IMG/VR virus record: IMGVR_UViG_3300030102_000576
Location: 1-41,378 of that record
Direction: 5' to 3' (one strand)
Source of the DNA: a virus
Lineage: Duplodnaviria; Caudoviricetes
Length of the DNA stretch: 41,378 bases
The notes under the pieces: model-generated
Databases searched by the model: none
What the model was told of the DNA's origin: nothing
Seen by the model: only the letters and a program-made list of their open reading frames with translations
Position numbers and translations under genes: made by a program
In this document: one piece after another, positions 29,501 to 38,671 of the stretch
Layout: every line of letters starts with the position of its first letter
Position numbering within the stretch: the stretch's first letter is position 1

Positions 29501-31845
29501 CAGGATATGAATTTGATACTTTATTTGAACAGATAAAAGGTATATATAGTCAGTCACGTAGGGAAATGCAAGTTTTGATTGATGGTAAAAAAATGGAAGT
29601 TAATGCAGTAGGGCAAGAACTAGCAGGGCTAATGGAAGATATGCCTTCGGGTGTAGGTGCAGATATAGGTAAGAGAGGGCCTGCAACTAGGAAAGAAAAA
29701 ACAATATTATTTTTACAAGGATTAAGATCTGTACTTAGAAGAGTAGAGCATTGGGCAGATGGTATGGATGGAGCTGTAAAAGGTGCTGCTAAAAAAGCAG
29801 TAGGTACAGTTATTAATCGTAAAGACGGTCAGGCAGGACAGTTTACAAGATACATCTGGCGACCAGTAAGAGAAGCATTAGACGAATTTAGACCATTAAG
29901 AAATAAATATACAAAGCGTTATTCTCAAATGGTTTCTGATTTAGAAGCAAAAGGTCGTATGTCTATGTCTGCCATACCTGCTCCAGAACTTGGATACACA
30001 TTTGGTAATGGCGGTACTGTATCAGGCAAAGCACAACTTCTTGGTGCAATGCTACATACTGGCAACGCTAGTAACTATAGAAAATTATTGTTAGGTAGAG
30101 AAGGATGGGGAAGCCTAAACGAAGATGGAACATTAAACGATACAAGATGGAAAAAGTTTATAGAACGTATGGAAGCAGAAGGTTATTTAAATAAAACCGA
30201 TTACGATTTTATACAAGCAGTATTTGATATGAACAATGAAATTAAACCCTTAATACAAAAAGCACATTTTGATTTGTATGGATATTACTTTAAAGAAATA
30301 GAACCTACACCAATGATTACTCAGTTTGGTGAATATCGTGGTGGTTATTTTCCTGCTAAAGGTGATCCTGTAATGACCAAGGCTATAGAGACAAGAGTAG
30401 AACTACAAGATCTTGATAAAGAATTTAGAAATTCATTACCTACAACTGGCAATAAATTTACAATTTCAAGAACAGAAAAGAATAGACCATTGTCTATTGA
30501 TTTACGTATTATGACTAAACATATTGATGACACATTACGCTATGCAACAGTGCAACCTGCAATAAGAGATGTATATAAAATTATTAAGCAGAAAGATTTT
30601 GAGAGAGAAATGAATCGTATAGATGATGAAACTTTAAAGACTGTTTTAATACCGTGGTTACATAGAGCTGCCACTCAGCAAACAACATTGTCAGGTATGC
30701 GTCCTGGTATGGATCAATTCTTTACAGCAGTTAGAAAGAGAACAGGTATCGGCATTATGTTTGCAAATATTACTAACGCAATGCAACAATTTACAGGTTA
30801 TTTTCCTGCGTTATTAAAAGTAGAAGCTAAATATTTGGCATCTGGATTTTCGCAATATTTAAAAAATCCTATGGCGGTACAGAATGAGATTGCATCATTG
30901 TCTACATTTATGGCAGAACGTCAAAGCAACCAAATTTTTGACATACAAGATACTCTTAATGATCTATTGATCAATCCTAATCAGTTTCAAAAATTAGAAG
31001 CATGGACAAGGAAGCATGGTTATTTTATACAGCAAGCATTTCAGAATCAGGTTGATAGCGTTGTATGGATAGGTGCATATGAAAAAGCATTAACAGAATT
31101 GCCAGTAGATATGTCAGATGTAGAAGCAAGAAAAGAAGCTATACGCCAAAGCGATGCTGCTGTACGTATGACACAAGACAGTTTAAATCCAGAAGATTTA
31201 GCAACATATCAAGTTGGTACACCATTTTATAAATCAATGGTTCAGTTCACTGGTTATTTCAATATGCTTGCTAATTTAAATGCTACAAATTACAAAAAAA
31301 TATTTAGAGATTTAGGATGGAAATCTAATAAAGGGCAATTAGCTTATACATTTTTATTTGGTTATATAATGCCTGCTGTAGTTTCTGAGATAATAGTTAA
31401 AGCGTTAGCAGGCGATTTAGAAGATGATGATGGTGATGGTTATTTAGACGATGTAGCAGGTTGGTTCTTTAGTTCTACATTACGAGCAGGTGCGTCATTT
31501 GTACCTATAGGTGCACCTGCAATAGCAGTAATTAATTCTTTTAATAACAAACCATATGATGATCGTATAACAACTAGTCCATCAATATCATTTTTAGAAG
31601 CATCTACTGTAGGTACTGTAAGAACACTAGTTAACCTGTTTGATCCTAATAAAGATGTAACTGGCAAAAATGTTAGAGATGTTTTAACTGGCTTATCATT
31701 ATTAACTAATATGCCGTTCACAGTATTAGGTAGACCACTCGGATACATAATAGATGTTGAGCGTGGCAAGATTGATCCAGAAAATTCTATTGATGCATTA
31801 AGAGGTGTCGTTACAGGTAAAGCAAGTCAAAGAAGTAGGAATTAA
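23506..31845 (+). CDS. giant internal virion/polyvalent protein (T7 gp16-like position) with ART-like, HhH-like and zincin modules
   Basis: 2779 aa with G/A-rich hydrophobic N-region; MHGT...GSGVYL...LENPY...GYDGII...EYIIFD; GPKIG...TMDRW; VYHHT...VYVTT; TFLHESAHY; hydrophobic C-region. Confidence 0.8.
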   Translation: MTDSFNDLVNRRPNQNIGHFSQKTGFDYLLQREEDEREKQIKQMLKLISDKDPDRVGEAQKLAASLNLPASVALDSDDAVQRLAQLNKQKQIDEVRFAGVNPILERQMLDKNFAAIAHDNVEELGLIEGTFTGIKNLPDNLAQGFEKGRLMDELGRLGFRQQLGRIGGTEEGQKVIERVNEINKRIQELDSDGSGMWENTSEFVGQWSKTMPKAIGFGTATGATWAVVGGAVGGPFAPATAKGGFVSGFMAGFVGSMTVDGFIVESGHAYQEMISSGVSHEVARNVGFGVGAVNAALEVVGTGFAVAPFKKLLVREVTKKVSKQLLKPTFSRVLVETSKDAFTSWAGEVGTEVLQELSNIAGNDIAKSFEKGEFETLIQTEQGRSEIATRLVQIIQKVGTGMIPLAGLGGASTFIGNYGRITKAEKEQTFLKDLMNLSSTNKTRLRNPNFFQTYMQKVANGNDVPNVFVDNEKFNQAMKDTGVTMEQLELFAPDLADSIKELNGAGGQGDVEIETGFLASKLGGTDLGDALQPHIRVKYDSFSAQEAFEFSQNRTDFTQQALDVMVEEDKKGQAFREEAEQVRKDMVRQISALNLRFSKQTINNYAAFYRDFIVTQANALGMSPLEFAEKNGLKVITQQQATTRSLSRLFNQNGTAKTTSAAFKKFFGKSVLKNKDGTPQVLMHGTADSIDGFNLNYSHKRDSGWGGSGVYLIDNEVIANINQSRKEQKKINGQLVNDGKGKNMMRLFARLENPYFATHDDKQALMNNSKEASNAFKEKLINEGYDGIIYKQKGFNEYIIFDNDAVRSESNSALWENEIEQALTEQALEEEVFNQKQKQEQGKPIPDFLVGIAKLANSFKFAGQKQYQTNRDFKVALQDRLKSEAKKASVDLSQFTVEAQKYLVKTLLEDAKFALETNPNAVGWYNEKVTKALAVLSKIHPEIATDPQAKFAFIWALANTSNGLKVDKNFELAQQAYSYYSENGVMPTDIGIGDASAAINNNMKLFNRLMDEKGFEDFEQFMKTMHTVKEVEAYTGSTVSGENKTELVYGAAVMGPKIGNGFFANLYGNFEQLTMDRWLMRTWGRMTGTLITDYTKQAKTKRTQLKGLIKGLSLKDKKALEAIIGIKIKLSDLDAVAVAIQKASMKPANRKAMAKIATIENVNNANYITEILGDPKRNIERIGIGDEIRKGGNGLAKFLDGQKEAPSGPVERRNIRKVFNEALTILQQSEKSLTMADLQALVWYPEKRLYDSAKLSEQEQNTGYEDNEAPDYSNAAVDLALKLGVPDAEIQTTLQEVDNELKRQATIGTGGSELGEGAGGTIQRDNIETDEATGLPLNPDGTVTVYHHTNKRAAESIRESSELRSSGEPDVYVTTRDIPDTGYGDTSVAIRVDPSRLSLDDEFPNGRRDYRLSVGKPRGTIRVDVGEYYEDFKKQSEVFSQQQIPTEGNRGQFDPKKLTAILGQDADLSTFLHESAHYMLTVMENIVLSGQGTQQINDDFNVLLDFFGVKDVKEWSKLTTNKKRKYHEAFAYNYELYLFEGKSPSLKLAELFHRFSGYIRAVYKTVTGELNDAYRKENGRDLPILTDEVRGVMDRLLASKEQISEAQAVYEMKPMFETQESSGMNDADWAEYTKAIKAAVEAAVMSNDQANLKQMKWLDNAKRGVLKDLQRKENKTRKRVKEEETVKAENLPIYKLIKYLKTGEIINAQGEKIILESGFKISIPDLQEILPVNLKSEKNIYMAYKKKLRYMTSEDGMSVSMIAEMFGFEDPLGMINEIVQVQPINDYIKDKTEQRMLEEYSDLMDERIKELRVQEALHNEARARFISTELRYLSKSGQPVRFQVQAAKQVAREILGDKVLAEIRPTVFARNEARAAKKVMEALKKGDLEAAIEAKRGQLIQNQLAKEAVEVHKRFDKFEKLASDIFNSGTDEKIAKSRNINKVNAAKAILAHYGYGPQVDNPRKYVKTLETNDQSTYEQISPLIDDLTDLSSADVKELTGYEFDTLFEQIKGIYSQSRREMQVLIDGKKMEVNAVGQELAGLMEDMPSGVGADIGKRGPATRKEKTILFLQGLRSVLRRVEHWADGMDGAVKGAAKKAVGTVINRKDGQAGQFTRYIWRPVREALDEFRPLRNKYTKRYSQMVSDLEAKGRMSMSAIPAPELGYTFGNGGTVSGKAQLLGAMLHTGNASNYRKLLLGREGWGSLNEDGTLNDTRWKKFIERMEAEGYLNKTDYDFIQAVFDMNNEIKPLIQKAHFDLYGYYFKEIEPTPMITQFGEYRGGYFPAKGDPVMTKAIETRVELQDLDKEFRNSLPTTGNKFTISRTEKNRPLSIDLRIMTKHIDDTLRYATVQPAIRDVYKIIKQKDFEREMNRIDDETLKTVLIPWLHRAATQQTTLSGMRPGMDQFFTAVRKRTGIGIMFANITNAMQQFTGYFPALLKVEAKYLASGFSQYLKNPMAVQNEIASLSTFMAERQSNQIFDIQDTLNDLLINPNQFQKLEAWTRKHGYFIQQAFQNQVDSVVWIGAYEKALTELPVDMSDVEARKEAIRQSDAAVRMTQDSLNPEDLATYQVGTPFYKSMVQFTGYFNMLANLNATNYKKIFRDLGWKSNKGQLAYTFLFGYIMPAVVSEIIVKALAGDLEDDDGDGYLDDVAGWFFSSTLRAGASFVPIGAPAIAVINSFNNKPYDDRITTSPSISFLEASTVGTVRTLVNLFDPNKDVTGKNVRDVLTGLSLLTNMPFTVLGRPLGYIIDVERGKIDPENSIDALRGVVTGKASQRSRN
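27401..27775 (+). CDS. candidate nested (+1 frame) acidic protein, 124 aa
   Basis: AGGAGGT at 27389-27395, 5 nt before ATG; host-frame codons avoid NTA+purine across the whole ORF; 24 D/E versus 4 K/R. Confidence 0.6.
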   Translation: MNSNVRPLSAQEEVNLEKEQEELYNEIILKQTKQQDSPSIQTEQLPSTTTPTNEQQNQSESPVNLEVLENLMSTLPPEISQTLAMVIPQLQSESTLLDLVSMMNSLTDEEITDSQLESLEELFE

Positions 31846-31846
31846 G

Positions 31847-31880
31847 GTGTGACCGTAATGTTAGAAATGAGATGTAAATT
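31847..31880 (+). promoter_or_regulatory. late-promoter-like motif, copy 4
   Basis: GTGTGACCGTAA (31847-31858), 16 nt, TAAATT (31875-31880). Confidence 0.75.
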
Positions 31881-31907
31881 ATATAAGATAACCAAGGAGT
31901 TTAGTCT

Positions 31908-33026
31908 ATGACGATAAATTCGCTTATAAGAAAGACTAGCCCCTTTGTGGGTAATGGGTCGGTAGCTACATTTCCTTTTACATTTAAAGTATTTACACAG
32001 AACGAAGTTGTTGTAGTAAAAAAAGAAAACGCTACAAGTCAAGAAACAACTTTAACAATAACTGCTGATTACACTGTTACTCTTAATCCTGACCAAAACG
32101 GAAACCCTGGTGGGAGCGTAACTTTAACAGCAGGTAATCTTGCAACAGGATTTACTCTTGTTATTACTTCTGACTTAGAAGCGTTACAACAAACAGATTT
32201 AACAAACCAAGGTGGATTTTATCCAGAGGTTATTAATGACGCTCTTGATAAATCGGTGATCTTACATCAACAGCAACAAGATGAATTAAATAGATCTATT
32301 AAATTTTCACTTACAAATAGTATTGGTAGTTTAGAAATTACTGAAGATGCTGCAGCTCGTGCCAATAAGGTGTTAGCTTTTGATGGAAGCGGTGAGTTTC
32401 AAGTTGCACAGGAATTAGGTGTATTTAGAGGTGATTGGGCAGCAGGTGTTACTTATAACAAACGAGACTTAGTTAGAGATAGTGGTAATTACAACGTATA
32501 TATATGCATAGGCAACCATACTTCTAGTGGTGCTTTACCTGTAAAAACAAATGCAGATATAGCAAACTGGACATTAATAGTAGATGCTGAGTATGCAGGT
32601 CAACAAGCAACTAATGCAGCAGCATCTGCTGTACTAGCTCAAACAGCAGAACAGAATGCTGAACAAGCAAAAGTTCTTGCTATACAAGCAAAAGATGCAG
32701 CAGCACAAACAGAAGCTACTGTTATAGCTGCACGAAATGCAGCACAAGCAGCAGCATCAGGTGCTCAACAAAGTGAGACAGATGCACAAACTGCTGAAGC
32801 AGCAGCAGTTGTTGCAAAAGATCAAGCCGTTGCAGCAGCAGCCAGTGCCATCGCTTCCTCTGGAGGTGGTGCTGTAAAAGTTACTGTTAACGACAATCAG
32901 GCTGACACTTTGTCTAACAAAATTGTCCCTGGTATTGGAGTTTCAACTCGTGTCACCAATGCAGGTGGTAACGAAAAACTTGAGGTCAACTCAGACGCAA
33001 TCATTTACGCCATCGCACTAGGTTAA
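31908..33026 (+). CDS. tail fibre/adaptor protein
   Basis: T7 gp17-like N-terminus (GNGS..TFPFTF...DYTV...GG.V...ALD...QQ), short W....Y...D.V module, Ala-rich coiled coil, C-terminal AIIYAIALG; AAGGAG RBS. Confidence 0.85.
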   Translation: MTINSLIRKTSPFVGNGSVATFPFTFKVFTQNEVVVVKKENATSQETTLTITADYTVTLNPDQNGNPGGSVTLTAGNLATGFTLVITSDLEALQQTDLTNQGGFYPEVINDALDKSVILHQQQQDELNRSIKFSLTNSIGSLEITEDAAARANKVLAFDGSGEFQVAQELGVFRGDWAAGVTYNKRDLVRDSGNYNVYICIGNHTSSGALPVKTNADIANWTLIVDAEYAGQQATNAAASAVLAQTAEQNAEQAKVLAIQAKDAAAQTEATVIAARNAAQAAASGAQQSETDAQTAEAAAVVAKDQAVAAAASAIASSGGGAVKVTVNDNQADTLSNKIVPGIGVSTRVTNAGGNEKLEVNSDAIIYAIALG

Positions 33027-33040
33027 AGGAGTAAAAACTA

Positions 33041-36000
33041 ATGGCAAAAAAAATTATCCATAGATATGTTTTTGACGCATCAGCCAAAACCGTATTGATC
33101 AATGAAGTAATTGCACAGAAACGTCTGTTGACAATTACCAACGTAACTAAAAACGAAATCATATATGCTTTTCCTGATTCAGTAAGAGGTGCAGCTTCGT
33201 ATGTAATAGATACAGCAGCTAAAACAACAACGATTACATTAGATTTTGATACAACATCACACGCTGACACTGACGAATTACAGATATTTATAGAAAAAGA
33301 TAGTACAGAAATGCGTCCAGACAAGACGTACACTGACCCAGTATCTAAATTTCGTGTATCACAACCTGAGAACTTAATTGATACCGACTTTGAATATGGA
33401 TTGCAATCTACTAAATGGGAAACATTAGAACTAATAAGAAATATTCCTACATTCTTTAGCCGTCATGGTGACCAAGATTTGGAAGTATCAGAAATGACTT
33501 CTACAAAAGATAGTAATTTAGTAAGAGTTACTACTGCAGATCAGCATGGATTAGTACAAGGTAACCCAATATTTGTAATAGGTAGTAGAACTAATCAAGC
33601 TAATGGTGGATTTGTTGTAACTAAAGTTATAGATGACAACACATTTGTATTTAACGCAAAGGCAAACATACCAACAACAGGTTCTATAAAAGATACATAC
33701 ACACAGATTTTCTTAGCATCTATTTATCAAGGTACAGAATTTAAATTAGAAAACGTCAATGGTATTACTACTGATAATGCTAGTCCATCTAAATTAACAG
33801 TATCTACAGAGTATCCATTAGGACTTAATGAAGGAACTTCATTCTTTTTAGTTAACTCAGTTGGACAAAAAGTTGTGCCATTTACAGCAGGTGCACCTAA
33901 TGTTGTACACGAAAATTTTCTTAACCGAGGTAAATCAACACAGGTTAATGTATTTACAAATGAAACTGGTCATAGATGGACAGTTGGTGCAGTTGATGAA
34001 CATAACTGGATACCAAAGCATTCACCTGCTGACGGACTAAATGTAAAATTTTTCATATCTACTTCAGACGCATCAAAAAGAACAATAACTTTAAACACCG
34101 CAGGTGGTGTAGAAACAATAACCTTTAATGATGGACCACATGGTTTTAGTGATAATGACTATGTTGTCTACCTACACGGTTGTAACAATGGTGCTATGGG
34201 TGGTCTTACAGATACAAGACCATATTATGTAAGAGTTGTAGACGCCAACACAATTTATCTTGTAACTAGTTCGGGTTCCAATTCACGAGTTAACTTGTCA
34301 AGTTATGGATCATGGGGTCAGGTAGCTAAGTCTTGTTTTGTTACTGCATTTAATCCAGTTCAAATTTATACAGGATCTTCAGATGAAAAAGTAAGATTTG
34401 ATAGTGTTATTCCTTTAGTTGGCAGTGATCCTAATCAAGCGTTTATGACCTTCTATTCATACGTTGGTATAAACAGTACAAGTTACTACACAAATAACAG
34501 TGAATATCTAGATAGATGGACTCAAAACTCTTACCAAGTACATTACCCAAGAAATGTTCAAGTCATAAATGGTGAGACTCATATGCAGTTTGCACGGACA
34601 CCTAATGCTGCTGCTATCAATATGAGTCGAGGAACTCACACTGGTGCAATCGTTTTAATGGACCCCAATCCATATAAAAATACTGTTTATTTTGCAGATC
34701 ATGGATTACAAACTGGTGATGTTATATATCTGCAATCAACATCTGGCAGTATGCCTGCAGGTTTAGCAAGAAATTATTATCATAATGTCTATGTTGTCGA
34801 TAAAGATAGATTCCAATTCTCTCAATACAATCGAAATGACATACAAAATATTTATGGTTTAGGTTCTGTTTCTGCAACTTTATCTTATACAGGTTGGTCA
34901 GCAGTAGATGGTGCAGACTTTATTGATTGTACACAAACAATTACACCTGCTCCTACAACTACAACTTTTGCAGTGACAGTAGCCACTGGGCAGGGTGGTG
35001 CAAATAAATTTTATATAGATGGTGTTGAAGCACCCACAGGTGCAGACGAACTTGTTTTGGTTGAGGGCAATACTTATGAGTTTGATCAAAGTGATGTGTC
35101 AAACACTACTCATCCTTTACGTTTTTATACAGCAGCAGATAAGACAGGTGGAGAATACACAACAGGAGTTACCGTCAGTGGTACACCAGGAACTGATGGA
35201 ATGACAACAATTGTTGTACCAGTAGGAGCACCAACTCTTTTCTATCAATGTTCTGCACACGCAAATATGGGAGCACAAGCCACAACCCCTGTACCTTCAA
35301 CACAAGATGTTGGTCATGGTTTAACAGATGGTGATGCTGTCGTATATACAGATGAAGGCAACACAGCAATAAATGGTTTAACTAATTCACAAACATATTA
35401 TGTTGCTAACGCAACTGAATTTAAGCTACAACTATCAACCTCACCAACTGGATATACAGGGCCTGACTTTACATTTGCTAACAGGATGAGTTCTGGAAGT
35501 ACTACTACAGGTCGCATACAAGGCTATTGGTATATTTGGAAAAATAATCATGGTCTTGTTACAGGTGACCGTGTTCAATACACATCCAACACACCAGTTC
35601 CTGGTCTTAGAAATGGAGCGTTTTATTACATAAGAAAAATTGATAACAATAGATTTTATTTCTATAGAACATTAGCAGGAGCACAAAGTAGTGCATCATG
35701 GCCTGATCGTATCTTGATGACTTATCCAGTGTCAGGTACAAGTCGTGTAAGAAAAACAGACATTATTGATTTAACTGGTGCAGGTTCAGGTAATCAGAAA
35801 TTAACTGCAAGTATTGATGGTGCATCTGATGCAGTTTATAACCTTACAAAAATTGTTGATGATAGAACATTTGAGATGAATGCTACATCACAAATACCAC
35901 CAAGAGCTATTGCATTTGCTCCAGAAACAGCCGTTTGGGTAGAGCAAGACGCATTTAGAATACCTGATCATTTCTTCCGCACAGGTTATAGCGTGACGTT

Positions 36001-38671
36001 GTCAGCAGGTTCTACAGTTGTTGGAGGATTAACTGACAATACTGTTTACTACGTTATTCGTATATCACAAAACTGGATTAAATTAGCAGCTACTGAACAA
36101 GATGCTTTGGACGGTACACCAATTACTATTACTTCTAAGGGTGTTGGACAGCATACTTTAAATACTCCAAACATTATTGGTGAGGTTCTTGGTCAAGGTA
36201 CTGCAACACTTGATTTAGATAAAACAATTATTGAAGGACAAGGCACAAACTTTACTTCATTCTTTAAAACTGGAGATGACGTTACTTTATACAAACCAGA
36301 AACATTTGATGAAAAAACTATATCAAGTATAAATACAGGTAATAATAGATTTACTACTTCAACTAACCACGGATACACAACAGAAGATGCGGTTATATTT
36401 GAAGCTACCTCTTCACCTACAGGAGTTACAAGCGGATTTATTTATTACGTTAGGGTGCATGATAATAACGAAGTTTATCTTGCCCCAACTGCTGCGGATG
36501 CCACAGCAAACACAAACATAATATCCATAAGTGGATCAATCACAGGTGGTAAATTTAAAAAGATACTAACTATTGGAGACACTGTTGTTCAAAATGTTTT
36601 ATCTGTATTGTCACCAACCAAAATGCAGATAGAAGTTCCTGGTGAAGAAACTTTAGCTGACGTTAAATACTCTGTTGCATCTTCACTTATTCTACGAGCT
36701 GACGGTTTTGCATTACATAGACCATACGATGGTGGTGTTGAACTAATACCAAGTACTAATCCTGATTCTCAGATGATTAGACAGACTCGTAAATATTTTA
36801 GATATCAATCTGGTAAAGGTATACAGGTTTCATTTGCTGTTAACTTTAGTCCTACAACACAAATAGAACGTATTGAATATGGAGGGACAGGAACTCAGGC
36901 TAGAGTATATACAAAATTCCCACACAGATTAACTGTAGGTTTAAACATAACAATCAAAGATGTAGACAAGATTAATGGCGTAGATTATTTCAATGGAGTT
37001 AAAACTGTATCAACTATATATGACGATTACAGTTTCCATATAACATTAGGTTCTACTCCAACATCGATTGTAAGTACAGGTGGTTATGGTTTCTATCATG
37101 TAAATGCATGGAACAATAGTGAACTACGTTGTGGTTTATTCGATGATCAAAACGGAATGTTCTACGAGTTTGACGGACAGAACCTAAAATGTTGCAGACG
37201 TAAATCTATAAAACAAATAGCAGGTACAATGACCGTTACCTTTGGTGCAGGTATTGTACAAGGATTAAATACTAAATTTGTTTCTCAATGTAATGTTGAT
37301 GAATACATAGTATTAAAAGGTCAATCGTATCAAATAGCAAAAATAGATAGCGATACAGTAATGTACATTACGCCTTCTTATAGAGGTACAACACAAAGTG
37401 GTGTAGTTGGTACTATCACTGAAACTATAAAAGTAAACCAAGCAGATTGGAATATAGATACTGCTGATGGAACAGGTCCTACAGGATATGTCTTAGACCT
37501 CAATACAATACAGATGGCCTACATCGATTACTCTTGGTACGGTGCAGGTAAAATTAGATTTGGATTTAAAGATCAAGATGGTGACGTTCAATATGTACAC
37601 GCATTTATACACAACAACTTAGAAACAGAAGCATATATGAGATCAGGTAATATGCCTGCTCGTTATGACATACAAAACAGAGGTACACCAACTTACGTAC
37701 CTGCCTTGGCTCACTGGGGTACATCTGTAATTATGGATGGTAGGTTTGACAATGACAAAGCATACGTCTTTACTGCGTCATCTAATGACGTTGCTGTTAC
37801 AGGTACTGCATCAGTCAGCGTTACAGGTAGAGTTGTATCTCGTGATTACTACCACTCAGTTATAGACAATAGATGGAGAAGGATTGGTTATGCTTTAGAA
37901 ATTACTCCAAGTTCTCTATTCAACCAGTTTACAAGTGGTATGACTATAACTGGAGCTAACCTAGATTCAAACACTAGAATCCGCAACCCACTAGATTCAC
38001 GAGTAACACCTTATGCTCCATATGTTCCTGAGATACTATCAGTTCCAAACTATGACTATAACGGTAGATCAGTTAGAAACTTACTAGTACTTGACCGTAG
38101 ACCTACAGGTACAGCAGGTTCTAACAGCTCATATACAGTAACCTTATCTAGTGCATCAACACCTGTTGTTTATGACATACCACTTATTAGTATTAGACTT
38201 GCACCATCTGTAGACACAGGTACTATTGGTCGTCTTGGTGAGCGTGAGATTATTAACCGAATGCAGTTACTACTTAACTCTGTTGGTATCTTGACTACTC
38301 ATACTATTGAAGTTGTATTGAGACTAAACGGTGCGATAGATAACGCAAGTTGGCAGGGAGTAGAAAGTCCTTCACTATCACAACTTATCTATCATGGTAC
38401 AGGTGACAGCATAGATGGTGGAGTAAACCTATTTAAGTTCCGTGCACCAGGAACATCAGGTTCCTCTAATAGAACACAAGCAGTTACAGAGCAAACACTA
38501 GGTGAGGTTGCATCTCTTGGTAATAGCATCATGGGTGGTGACAACACATTCCCAGATGGACCTGACATACTTACAGTAGTTGCAAGACTTACTGAAGATC
38601 CAAGTACAGTAACAACATCTAACCCATTAATAATTAACTCAAGAATATCTTGGTCAGAATCTCAGGCATAA
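33041..38671 (+). CDS. large repeat-containing tail fibre/receptor-binding structural protein
   Basis: 1876 aa, T/G/S-rich, about 8 HG(L/F/Y).(T/D)GD.V.Y...YYV-type repeats, RQTRKYFRYQSGKG domain; AAGGAG RBS. Confidence 0.75.
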   Translation: MAKKIIHRYVFDASAKTVLINEVIAQKRLLTITNVTKNEIIYAFPDSVRGAASYVIDTAAKTTTITLDFDTTSHADTDELQIFIEKDSTEMRPDKTYTDPVSKFRVSQPENLIDTDFEYGLQSTKWETLELIRNIPTFFSRHGDQDLEVSEMTSTKDSNLVRVTTADQHGLVQGNPIFVIGSRTNQANGGFVVTKVIDDNTFVFNAKANIPTTGSIKDTYTQIFLASIYQGTEFKLENVNGITTDNASPSKLTVSTEYPLGLNEGTSFFLVNSVGQKVVPFTAGAPNVVHENFLNRGKSTQVNVFTNETGHRWTVGAVDEHNWIPKHSPADGLNVKFFISTSDASKRTITLNTAGGVETITFNDGPHGFSDNDYVVYLHGCNNGAMGGLTDTRPYYVRVVDANTIYLVTSSGSNSRVNLSSYGSWGQVAKSCFVTAFNPVQIYTGSSDEKVRFDSVIPLVGSDPNQAFMTFYSYVGINSTSYYTNNSEYLDRWTQNSYQVHYPRNVQVINGETHMQFARTPNAAAINMSRGTHTGAIVLMDPNPYKNTVYFADHGLQTGDVIYLQSTSGSMPAGLARNYYHNVYVVDKDRFQFSQYNRNDIQNIYGLGSVSATLSYTGWSAVDGADFIDCTQTITPAPTTTTFAVTVATGQGGANKFYIDGVEAPTGADELVLVEGNTYEFDQSDVSNTTHPLRFYTAADKTGGEYTTGVTVSGTPGTDGMTTIVVPVGAPTLFYQCSAHANMGAQATTPVPSTQDVGHGLTDGDAVVYTDEGNTAINGLTNSQTYYVANATEFKLQLSTSPTGYTGPDFTFANRMSSGSTTTGRIQGYWYIWKNNHGLVTGDRVQYTSNTPVPGLRNGAFYYIRKIDNNRFYFYRTLAGAQSSASWPDRILMTYPVSGTSRVRKTDIIDLTGAGSGNQKLTASIDGASDAVYNLTKIVDDRTFEMNATSQIPPRAIAFAPETAVWVEQDAFRIPDHFFRTGYSVTLSAGSTVVGGLTDNTVYYVIRISQNWIKLAATEQDALDGTPITITSKGVGQHTLNTPNIIGEVLGQGTATLDLDKTIIEGQGTNFTSFFKTGDDVTLYKPETFDEKTISSINTGNNRFTTSTNHGYTTEDAVIFEATSSPTGVTSGFIYYVRVHDNNEVYLAPTAADATANTNIISISGSITGGKFKKILTIGDTVVQNVLSVLSPTKMQIEVPGEETLADVKYSVASSLILRADGFALHRPYDGGVELIPSTNPDSQMIRQTRKYFRYQSGKGIQVSFAVNFSPTTQIERIEYGGTGTQARVYTKFPHRLTVGLNITIKDVDKINGVDYFNGVKTVSTIYDDYSFHITLGSTPTSIVSTGGYGFYHVNAWNNSELRCGLFDDQNGMFYEFDGQNLKCCRRKSIKQIAGTMTVTFGAGIVQGLNTKFVSQCNVDEYIVLKGQSYQIAKIDSDTVMYITPSYRGTTQSGVVGTITETIKVNQADWNIDTADGTGPTGYVLDLNTIQMAYIDYSWYGAGKIRFGFKDQDGDVQYVHAFIHNNLETEAYMRSGNMPARYDIQNRGTPTYVPALAHWGTSVIMDGRFDNDKAYVFTASSNDVAVTGTASVSVTGRVVSRDYYHSVIDNRWRRIGYALEITPSSLFNQFTSGMTITGANLDSNTRIRNPLDSRVTPYAPYVPEILSVPNYDYNGRSVRNLLVLDRRPTGTAGSNSSYTVTLSSASTPVVYDIPLISIRLAPSVDTGTIGRLGEREIINRMQLLLNSVGILTTHTIEVVLRLNGAIDNASWQGVESPSLSQLIYHGTGDSIDGGVNLFKFRAPGTSGSSNRTQAVTEQTLGEVASLGNSIMGGDNTFPDGPDILTVVARLTEDPSTVTTSNPLIINSRISWSESQA

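Noticed and set aside
32600-32860. GCA-rich repetitive DNA
   Set aside because: Explained by the Ala-rich coiled coil of the tail fibre; not a CRISPR array or DNA-level repeat.
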